This document shows, in pieces, positions 8,602-16,068 of a DNA stretch of 64,000 nt (position 1 is its first letter; the number at the start of each line of letters is the position of its first letter). A program made the translations under genes and the position numbers. Under the pieces are notes generated by a model. The model worked only from the letters and a program-made list of their open reading frames with translations. It was not told where the DNA came from and searched no databases. Source of the DNA: Candidatus Binatia bacterium (lineage in GTDB: Bacteria > Desulfobacterota > Binatia > DP-6); contig DASRHG010000027.1 of assembly GCA_035650655.1 (NCBI GenBank), positions 32,750-96,749 of the forward strand, written 5' to 3'.

Positions 8602-10065
8602 GTGAGCGTCGAAGGCCACGCCGGCCTCGCGGCCTCGCCGACCGGTCGGAGCTTCTCGACGTTCGAGCTCCCCGGGCCGGTTCGCGAGGGCCTCGCCGCC
8701 GCCGGCTTCACCCACTGCACTCCCATCCAGGAGAAGGTCCTCCCGCTCGCGCTCGAGGGCCGCGACGTCGCCGGGCAGGCGCAGACGGGGACCGGCAAGA
8801 CGGCCGCGTTCCTCATCACGATGTTCACCCGGCTCCTCGCGCGGGAGCGCCCCGGGCGCCCTGCCGCGCCGCGCGCGCTCGTCATCGCCCCGACGCGCGA
8901 GCTCGTCGTGCAGATCGCGGAGGAAGCGCGCCTCCTCGGCTCGGCGACGCCGTTCGCGATTCACGCCGTGTACGGCGGCATCGACTACCGCAAGCAGCGC
9001 GAGCAGCTCCAGGGCGGCGTCGACGTGCTCGTCGGGACGCCGGGGCGCCTGATCGACTACTTCAAGCAGCGCGTGTTCGACCTGCGGAGCGTCGAGGTCC
9101 TCGTGATCGACGAGGCCGACCGCATGTTCGACATGGGGTTCATCAAGGACCTGCGGTACATCCTCCGCCAGCTCCCGCCCGTCGAGCGGCGGCAGTCGAT
9201 GCTCTTCTCGGCGACGCTCAGCTACGAGGTCATGGAGCTCGCCTACGTCTTCATGAACGACGCCGTGCGCGTCGCCGTCACGCCGGAGCAGGTGACCGCG
9301 GAGAAGGTGGAGCACCTCGTCTACCACGTCGGCGTGCACGAGAAGCTCGGCCTCCTCGTCGGGCTGCTCCGGCGCTGGCCCGAAGGCCGCGTCCTCGTCT
9401 TCGTCAACATGCGGCGCACGGCGGAGCGGCTGGAGCGTACGCTCGAGGCGAACCGTTTCGCCGCCGCCGCGATCACCGGCGAAGTCGACCAGCGGCGCCG
9501 CCTGCGGATCCTCGCCGACTTCAAGGAGGGCCGGCTGCCCATCCTGATCGCGACCGACGTGGCCTCGCGCGGCCTCCACATCGAGGGCGTGACGCACGTC
9601 GTGAACTACGACCTCCCGCTCGATCCCGAGGACTACGTGCACCGCGTGGGGCGCACGGCGCGCGCCGGCGCGTCGGGCAACGCGGTGAGCCTCGCGTGCG
9701 AGCAGTACGTCGAGGGCCTCGAGGCGATCGAGAAGTACATCGGCTTCAAGCTCCCCTGGGAGATCGCCGACGAGAGCGTGATCGCGCACGACGTGAAGCA
9801 CGCGCCGCGCGGCGAGCACGGCGCCGGCGCCGGCCGAACGGGCCGCGACCGGGGCCGCGGCCGGGGGCGCGCGCATGGTCACGGGTCCGCGCACCGCGAG
9901 CGCCCGCGCCCCCATGCGACGCCGGAGGCGGCGCCACCCGCGGGACACGCGGCCCCCCCGGCAGGTGCGGCCAGCGGCAACGGCTCGAGCGGCGCGCCCG
10001 GCAAGCGGCGCCGTCGCCGACGCCGCCGTGGCCGGCGCGGCCCGGCGACCCCCCCGGCCGGCTAG
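8602..10065 (+). CDS. DEAD-box ATP-dependent RNA helicase with Arg/Gly-rich C-terminal tail
   Basis: Q-motif region (FTHCTPIQ), motif I AQTGTGKT, motif II VIDEADRM, SAT, and HRVGRTARAG. GTG 8602 is preceded by GGGAGGGA (8593-8600). Confidence 0.92.
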   Translation: MSVEGHAGLAASPTGRSFSTFELPGPVREGLAAAGFTHCTPIQEKVLPLALEGRDVAGQAQTGTGKTAAFLITMFTRLLARERPGRPAAPRALVIAPTRELVVQIAEEARLLGSATPFAIHAVYGGIDYRKQREQLQGGVDVLVGTPGRLIDYFKQRVFDLRSVEVLVIDEADRMFDMGFIKDLRYILRQLPPVERRQSMLFSATLSYEVMELAYVFMNDAVRVAVTPEQVTAEKVEHLVYHVGVHEKLGLLVGLLRRWPEGRVLVFVNMRRTAERLERTLEANRFAAAAITGEVDQRRRLRILADFKEGRLPILIATDVASRGLHIEGVTHVVNYDLPLDPEDYVHRVGRTARAGASGNAVSLACEQYVEGLEAIEKYIGFKLPWEIADESVIAHDVKHAPRGEHGAGAGRTGRDRGRGRGRAHGHGSAHRERPRPHATPEAAPPAGHAAPPAGAASGNGSSGAPGKRRRRRRRRGRRGPATPPAG

Positions 10066-10115
10066 GCCCCGGCACCCGGCGCCCCCTCGGACGAGGAGCG
10101 CGCGCCGCGCTCGGG

Positions 10116-10583
10116 CTACGCGCGCCCACCGCCACCGCGCGAGGAGGGATCCCCGTGCGGGCCCTGGTCGTCCCGATCGCGATCGCAGTCTTCGCCCTCG
10201 CCCCGGCAGCCGCCGATGAGACGGTCCTCGGCCGCACCATGGCGGTGAGCGATCCGCTTCCGGGCGTCAACACGACGACGCGGATCGTCCAGGTCGTCGC
10301 CAACGAGGCCCGGGCGACGGACGAGGTGCTGGTCGGGGATCCGCTCGCCGACGGCGCGTCGCTCGAGGTGATCGTCAACGGCGCGACCTACGGAGCTCGG
10401 CATCCGGCTGACGCATGTCGGCGTACCGATCGCCCGCGGCGGCGCCGCGGCGTGGCGCGGGGCGAGATCCTCGGGCGTGAGCGCGATCTCCGTGCCGGCG
10501 CGCGCGAGCACCCCGGCGAACGCGAAGCGTGCGACTGCGCCGGGCGGCACGTCCCCCTCCGCCCGGCGGACGCGCGGGGTCAC
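10116..10583 (-). pseudogene. short ORF/gene remnant coupled to the ComEA-like gene (coding signal only ~10395..10583)
   Basis: GTG 10583 overlaps the ComEA-like stop (GTGA). The first ~62 codons have high GC3 and plausible sequence (..GDVPPGAVARFAFAGVLARAGTEIALTPEDL..). Further on it reads antisense to the 10155 ORF with only ~77 % GC3. Confidence 0.3.
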
Positions 10584-10595
10584 TTGCTGGCGTAG
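10155..10595 (+). pseudogene. 5' fragment of a secreted-protein gene (coding signal only to ~10390)
   Basis: GAGGAGGG lies upstream of GTG 10155, followed by a signal peptide VRALVVPIAIAVFALAPAAA. Third-position GC is ~92 % for ~78 codons. It then collapses (gga gct .. cat .. gct gac gca tgt cgg cgt .. gat) and the translation becomes Arg-rich. Confidence 0.35.
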
Positions 10596-10891
10596 ACGTA
10601 ATCGCGGATCTGGTCGTACTTGTTCTGCGAGAGCACCTTCTTGTTGAGGAGGCCCTGCTTCCCCGAGTACGGACGATGCGCGATGATGTTCTCTGCGTCC
10701 TTGTCCGTGAGACCGGGGAGCTTCGCGAGCTGCGCGCGCGACGCGGTGTTCAGGTCGAGCTGGTGCTCCGGGCCCGAACGCTGGCCCGTGATGTCCTCGT
10801 AGACGTTGCGCGCCTGCCTCGACGAGCAGGCACTCGTCCCGAGAAGGGCAAGCGCCGCTCCCAGCATGAGCGCGTGCGAGAGTGCTCGCAT
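10580..10891 (-). CDS. ComEA-like helix-hairpin-helix lipoprotein
   Basis: GAGGGAGGG lies upstream of ATG 10891. It has a lipobox LLGTSAC and the HhH motif LDLNTASRAQLAKLPGLTDKDAENII. Confidence 0.8.
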   Translation of the reverse strand: MRALSHALMLGAALALLGTSACSSRQARNVYEDITGQRSGPEHQLDLNTASRAQLAKLPGLTDKDAENIIAHRPYSGKQGLLNKKVLSQNKYDQIRDYVYASK

Positions 10892-11003
10892 GGTTGATCC
10901 CTCCCTCGGGAAAGCACCGTGCATGCGGCGTGCCGCACACGACCCGTGTCCCGACCGCGCGCGCGGTCGGCGGGGGCGACACCCTCCCGGTGCGCCGACG
11001 CGC

Positions 11004-11840
11004 TCAGCCGACTCGCTCGGTGAGCCGCCGCAGCGTGACCGGGCGCCGCTCCCGCCGCGCGAGCGTGCGGTCGAAGCCGACCAGGATGTCCCGCGCGAGC
11101 CTCACCCGGAGCGCCCACTCGGCCGGCGTCTCGTGCCGCCGCCGCCACGCCGGGAGCCCCAGGCGGCGCACGGCCCGGCGGTGGCGGTCGGGCGTCTCCC
11201 AGTCGAGGCCGCGGCACTCGACGTACGCCGTCTCCGGCGCGAGCCCGACGACGAGCGCCGCGAGCTCGCCGTAGATCGCGGCGTCGCGCGCACGGGAGCC
11301 GGCGACGAGCGCACGCGCGGCGTCGCGCGCCAGGACGAAGGACGGGACGAGGAAGTCGACGCGGCCCGCGATGCCGAGGCGCGCCGTCATGAGCCGGTTC
11401 ACGAGCGCCTCCGTCGCGAAGAGGGGGAGATGATGCGCGCGGTGCGCCGCCGGCGTCCGCCCGACGACGAGCACGGGAAACCGCCGCGCGACGCGTACGA
11501 CGGCCGCGTGCTCGCGCGGCGCGCGGCGCTGCCAGTGGAGGGCGCGGTCGAGGTCGAGGTAGTGGACGTGCCCGGCGTCGTGCGCGAGCGCGGCGCGGAT
11601 CGCCCTCCGGTAGAGCGGACCGCGGAGGTCCCCGCCGTCCGCGGGGGCCGCGACCCCCGCCTCGGCGAGGAGCGCGCGGAGCCGCGGCGAGGTCGTCGGG
11701 CTCGCGGCGACGGCGACGCCGCGGTAGAGCGCCGCGAGCCGGGGGAGCGCCCACTCGATCTCTCCGCGGAGCGCGCCCTGCGGGTCGTGAAGCGTGGCGG
11801 CGAGCGCGACGTCGAGCGGTGGCCGGGGTCGTCGGATCAC
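11004..11840 (-). CDS. hypothetical protein (278 aa)
   Basis: Long ORF with a GTG start and balanced composition. I recognised no family. Confidence 0.5.
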   Translation of the reverse strand: MIRRPRPPLDVALAATLHDPQGALRGEIEWALPRLAALYRGVAVAASPTTSPRLRALLAEAGVAAPADGGDLRGPLYRRAIRAALAHDAGHVHYLDLDRALHWQRRAPREHAAVVRVARRFPVLVVGRTPAAHRAHHLPLFATEALVNRLMTARLGIAGRVDFLVPSFVLARDAARALVAGSRARDAAIYGELAALVVGLAPETAYVECRGLDWETPDRHRRAVRRLGLPAWRRRHETPAEWALRVRLARDILVGFDRTLARRERRPVTLRRLTERVG

Positions 11841-11880
11841 GCCGGGCGACTCTGCCAGTCCCGCCGCCCCGCGGCCAGCG

Positions 11881-12402
11881 TCACGGCACCGCGATGCAGC
11901 GGACCGTCGCCTCGAGGTTCGGCGGGGGCTGCTCGGGGCCGACGACGACCATGCACCGGTCGGGCGTCGTGCTGCCGTCGCCGAGGACGACGCCCATCCA
12001 GATGATCGGGTAGCCCGGGTTCCCGTCGAAGACGCCGCCCGCGCACGAGATCGCGACGTCCCGAGGCGCGTTGCACGACGCCACGACGAACTGCTCCTGC
12101 CCCTGCGTCTGGAGCGTGCGGTTCGCGCGGGCGTAGACGCTGTCGCGCGTGAGGGCGCCGCCGGGCAGCGGCGACAGGCCGTTGACGCGCGCCTCGAGCG
12201 CGTCGAGCCGGTGCGCCATCTCGTTCAGCAACGGCGTCCCCGACATCTGCTCGGGGGTGAGGCCGTGCACGGTGTCGGCGTCGAGCCCGGAGCCCGCCCC
12301 GTCCACCTTCTCGAGGCGCTGGAGGAGCTTCAGATCCTGCTTGCGCCCGGCGAGCGCCGGCGCGGCGACGGCGAGGGCGGCGAGCACGAGGAGGGTGCGC
12401 AT
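11881..12402 (-). CDS. hypothetical secreted protein (173 aa)
   Basis: Internal ATG 12402 with signal peptide MRTLLVLAALAVAAPALAG, a coiled-coil-like segment, then a Cys-containing C-terminal domain. Confidence 0.6.
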   Translation of the reverse strand: MRTLLVLAALAVAAPALAGRKQDLKLLQRLEKVDGAGSGLDADTVHGLTPEQMSGTPLLNEMAHRLDALEARVNGLSPLPGGALTRDSVYARANRTLQTQGQEQFVVASCNAPRDVAISCAGGVFDGNPGYPIIWMGVVLGDGSTTPDRCMVVVGPEQPPPNLEATVRCIAVP

Positions 12403-12460
12403 GCGAAGAGAAGCGCGCGGCAGGGGCGAACCCGCAATCCCGTCGCGCCGGGGCGGGGGA

Positions 12461-14710
12461 TCACGCCGGGCGCGACGTTCCGCCGACGACGCCGGCGGCG
12501 ACCAGCGCCGCGATCCGCTTCGCGTCGAAGCCGGCCTCGCGAAGGACCGCCGGCCCGTCGGCGCCGAGGAGCGGCGCCGGGCGGGCGAGCGCACCCGGGG
12601 TCGCGGAGAGCACGACGAACGCCCCGCCCATGCGGAGCGTGCCGAGCGTCGGGTGCCCCTGCTCGACGACGACGCCGCGGGCGAGGAGCTCCGGGTCCGC
12701 GACGAGCTCGTCGAGCCCGACGCAGGCCGTCGCCGGGACGCCGGCCGCGGCGAGCCGCGCGCACGCCTCGGCGCGTCCGAGCGGCGCGAGCGCGGCCGCG
12801 ATCGCGCCGGCTCCGGCGCCCTCCGCCGGGGCGTCGGTCGCGAGCGGCCAGCCGGCGAGCCGCCCGAGCGCGGCCGCGTGCGCCGGCGTCGTCCCCGCGA
12901 CCGAGACCCAGCCGTCGCGGCAGGCATAGAGCCGTCGACACGCCGACGGCCCAGGGTGGTCGCGCCCGCCGCGCGGCCCGTCGGGCGTCTCCGCCGCCTG
13001 GGCCACGAACGCGGTCCGGAAGAGGCTCACGTCGACGCGCTGGCCGCGACCCGTCCGTTCGCGTGCGAGGAGCGCCGCGACCGTCGCGAGCGCGCCGAGC
13101 GCGCCGGCCGAGTAGTCGTTGTAGGCGATCATGTGGAAGACCGGCTCGTCGTCGCCGCCCTGCGCGGCGCAGAGCCCCGAGCGTGCCTGGAAGACGGGGT
13201 CGAACCCCGGGAGCGACGCGAGCGGCCCCGTCGACCCGAAGCCCGTGATCGAGGTGTGGACGAGGCGCGGGTTCACCGCCGCCAGACGCTCCCACCCGAG
13301 GCCGAGCCGCTCCATCACGCCGCCGCGGAAGTTGTCGACGAGCACGTCGGCCGTCCGCGCGAGCGCGAGCAGGACGTCGACGCCCTTCGGGCGCTTGAGG
13401 TCGACGACGATCGAACGCTTGCCGCGGTTCCAGCCGACGAAGCCGAACGCGGCCATGCGGAAGGGGTCGCCGTCGGGGCTCTCCACCTTGACGACGTCGG
13501 CGCCGAGGTCGGCGAGGAGCATGGGGCAGAAGGGGCCGGCGATGAAGCTCGTCAGGTCGAGGACGCGGATGCCCGCGAGGCACGCGCCGGGGGCCGCCCC
13601 GCGCGACGACGCGCGGGGCGCCCGCGGCGGCTCGCGGCGGAGGGCATCGGTGTCGGCGCCCGGCGGCGGCGCGGGACGGGGCGCCGGGAGCGGCGTGTCG
13701 GAGAACGCGGCCGGGCCCGCCGCCTGCCACGTCGGTCCGAGGAGGGGGTCGTCGAGGGGGACGACGAGCCCGAGCGCGCGCGCGTCCGCGTCCTCCAGGA
13801 ACTCGGCGCGCGTCCGGACGGCACCGCACGGCACGTCGGCCGCGCGCAGCCGCGCGATCCACGTCGCGGTCCGCTCGGCGCGGAAGATCGGCCCGATCTC
13901 GGCGCGCACGAAGCGGCGGACCTCCGGGGCGCCGAAGGTGAGCGGGCTCCCCTGGAGGCGGGGGTCCGCGAGCAGGTCGACGCGCCCGAGGACCGTGGCG
14001 AGGTTCACCCAGAACGCCTGCGTGAGCGCGCCGACGAAGAGCCAGCCGTCGGCCGTCTCGTAGAGGCCGTACGTCGGATAGACGCCGCGCGGGTCGCCGT
14101 GCCGCGCGAGAGAGCCCGCGTACTCCGGCCCGCTGCCGACGACGTACGTACCGCTGTTGAGCGCGAAGGCGGCGCGGACCCCGGTCGCCCGGACCGTCTG
14201 CCCGGGGGCGCCGCGCCGGTGCGCGAAGAGCGCCGCGACCGTTCCGAGCGCCGCCAGGACGCCCGTCATGTAGCCGACGAGCGGCGTGACGAGCCAGACG
14301 GGCCGTCCCGACCACGACCACTGGAGCGCCTGCACGCCGGTTGCGGCCTGGACGAGCGCCTCGTCGGGCGGGAGCGGCGTCCCGGGCTCCCACGCCGCGA
14401 CCTCGCACGCGACGCGGTCGTCCGACGGCTCGACGCTCGGGCCGCGCTCGTCGACGAGCGTCGCGTCTGCGCCCGCGACGAGCCCCCGCCAGAGCGCCAT
14501 GTCGCCCGCGTCCCGGGGGTCCACGACGACGGAGCGCTTGCCGCGGGCGAGGACGCGCTCACCGCGCGACGGGGCCGCCCGGCCGGGCGGCGCGACGGAG
14601 ACGACCTCTGCGCCGAGCGCCCCGAGGAGGAAGCCCGCGAACGACCCCGCGAGGCTCGACACCCACTCGACGACGCGCACGTCGGCGAGCGGCGGCCCGG
14701 GCTCCGGCAT
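12461..14710 (-). CDS. tandem (two-domain) family III CoA-transferase (CaiB/BaiF-like) fusion
   Basis: 749 aa with two successive N-terminal-type motifs (VRVVEWVSSLAGSFAGFLLGALGAEVVSV and GIRVLDLTSFIAGPFCPMLLADLGADVVKVE). The second half carries GFDPVFQARSG (Asp motif). Confidence 0.85.
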   Translation of the reverse strand: MPEPGPPLADVRVVEWVSSLAGSFAGFLLGALGAEVVSVAPPGRAAPSRGERVLARGKRSVVVDPRDAGDMALWRGLVAGADATLVDERGPSVEPSDDRVACEVAAWEPGTPLPPDEALVQAATGVQALQWSWSGRPVWLVTPLVGYMTGVLAALGTVAALFAHRRGAPGQTVRATGVRAAFALNSGTYVVGSGPEYAGSLARHGDPRGVYPTYGLYETADGWLFVGALTQAFWVNLATVLGRVDLLADPRLQGSPLTFGAPEVRRFVRAEIGPIFRAERTATWIARLRAADVPCGAVRTRAEFLEDADARALGLVVPLDDPLLGPTWQAAGPAAFSDTPLPAPRPAPPPGADTDALRREPPRAPRASSRGAAPGACLAGIRVLDLTSFIAGPFCPMLLADLGADVVKVESPDGDPFRMAAFGFVGWNRGKRSIVVDLKRPKGVDVLLALARTADVLVDNFRGGVMERLGLGWERLAAVNPRLVHTSITGFGSTGPLASLPGFDPVFQARSGLCAAQGGDDEPVFHMIAYNDYSAGALGALATVAALLARERTGRGQRVDVSLFRTAFVAQAAETPDGPRGGRDHPGPSACRRLYACRDGWVSVAGTTPAHAAALGRLAGWPLATDAPAEGAGAGAIAAALAPLGRAEACARLAAAGVPATACVGLDELVADPELLARGVVVEQGHPTLGTLRMGGAFVVLSATPGALARPAPLLGADGPAVLREAGFDAKRIAALVAAGVVGGTSRPA

Positions 14711-14746
14711 GGCGCGGGCGAGGAAAGCCGGGGCCCGGGGCGGATG

Positions 14747-15046
14747 TCAACGGTTCCAGTCGGTTGAGCCGGGGAAGGTGTAGCCGCGGACGCCTTCGTC
14801 GCGCGGCACGAACTGGTGTCCGTAGATGCCCCCGCGAGCGAAGCCGAAGCTCGGCGCGATCGGGAACTGGTAGCCCGGGAAGACCCCGGTCGGGTAATAC
14901 CCGTAGCCCGGAGCGAATCCCGGGTAGCCGACGATGACGGACGACGTCGGGAACGCGCCGATCCCGAAGGTGACGATCGGGTGGGCGGCGGCTGGACGGA
15001 CGAAGGTGGCGAGCAGGAGCGCACCGGCGGCGAGCAGCGTCTTCAT
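14747..15046 (-). CDS. small secreted Gly/Tyr/Pro-rich protein
   Basis: GGAGG lies 9 nt upstream of ATG 15046. The signal peptide is MKTLLAAGALLLATFVRPAAA and the mature part is low-complexity (GYPGFAPGYGYYPTGVFPGYQFP). Confidence 0.6.
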   Translation of the reverse strand: MKTLLAAGALLLATFVRPAAAHPIVTFGIGAFPTSSVIVGYPGFAPGYGYYPTGVFPGYQFPIAPSFGFARGGIYGHQFVPRDEGVRGYTFPGSTDWNR

Positions 15047-15101
15047 TCGGATCGACCTCCGCGAGGGCGCGCCCAACACGGCCTTCGGGACCGGGTTGCG
15101 C

Positions 15102-15983
15102 TCAGCCCGCCCGCGCAATCACCTCCGCGCCGAACCAGGCGAGCCGGTCGAGGAACTCCGCAAAGCACCCCGCACCGATCCCGACGTGGAACGCGGTCGC
15201 GCCGGCCGCGCGCCAGCGATCGACCGCACCGAGGAGAGCATCCGCGGTCGCCTCGGGCGGCGCGGCGAGCGGTGCCACCACCTCGAACCGTCCGGTCCGT
15301 CGGGCGCGAGCCCGCACCTCGCCGGCGTACCCCACCCCGGCGGCGAGCTCGCCCGGCCCGACGTCCCACGGAATCCATCCGTCCGCGAGCCGGGCGGCGC
15401 GCCGCACCGCGGCCCGCGAGCTCCCTCCGACCCAGATCGGGGGGCGCGGCCGCTGCACGACGCGCGGGGCGACGAGCACGTCGGCGAATGCGACCCGCTC
15501 GCCCGTGAACCGCGCGACCTCCTCCTCCCAGGCCGCCACGATCGCCCGGAGGTACTCGTCCGTCAGCCGCCCGCGCCCGTCGAAGTCGACCCCGAGCACC
15601 CGGAACTCGGGCTTCAGGTGTCCCGCACCGACACCCAGGACGACGCGGCCGCCCGACAGGCGATCGAGCGTCCCATACTGCTTCGCCACCACGAGCGGAT
15701 GGCGGTACGGGAGCACGACGACGTGCGGCAGGAGCCTCACACGGCTGGTGACGCCCGCGACGAACGCGAGCGTGCTCCCGGCGTCGAACCAGACGGCCCC
15801 CATGACCCCGGCGTACGCGGCGGGAACGCAGACGTGATCGCTGCACGACACGTGCGCGAACCCCGCCTCCTCCGCGGCGCGCGCGGCGGCGACCATCTCC
15901 GGCCCGCCGACCGCGCGCTCCCACGGCCGCGTGCGCGACGGGATCTGCTGAACGCCGGGCAACGACGTCCCGAAGTGCGTCAT
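15102..15983 (-). CDS. LLM-class (luciferase-like) flavin/F420-dependent oxidoreductase
   Basis: 293 aa from the internal ATG 15983. Typical LLM patterns are present (..LDRLSGGRVVLGVGAGH.. and ..PPIWVGGSS..AVRRAARLADGW.P). Confidence 0.8.
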   Translation of the reverse strand: MTHFGTSLPGVQQIPSRTRPWERAVGGPEMVAAARAAEEAGFAHVSCSDHVCVPAAYAGVMGAVWFDAGSTLAFVAGVTSRVRLLPHVVVLPYRHPLVVAKQYGTLDRLSGGRVVLGVGAGHLKPEFRVLGVDFDGRGRLTDEYLRAIVAAWEEEVARFTGERVAFADVLVAPRVVQRPRPPIWVGGSSRAAVRRAARLADGWIPWDVGPGELAAGVGYAGEVRARARRTGRFEVVAPLAAPPEATADALLGAVDRWRAAGATAFHVGIGAGCFAEFLDRLAWFGAEVIARAG

Positions 15984-16050
15984 GCGCGGAGCTAGCACGC
16001 CGCCCGCGAGCGGTCCACGACGGCGCCGGCGCGCGCGGCCGGGCGACCTC

Positions 16051-16059
16051 TGGTAGAGT
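16051..16059 (+). promoter_or_regulatory. candidate extended -10 element (TGGTAGAGT) 9 nt upstream of ATG 16069 (leaderless or very short leader)
   Basis: The sequence fits TGnTAnAnT and there is no SD sequence before the ATG. No clear -35 element was seen. Confidence 0.3.
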
Positions 16060-16068
16060 CGCCCGGAC

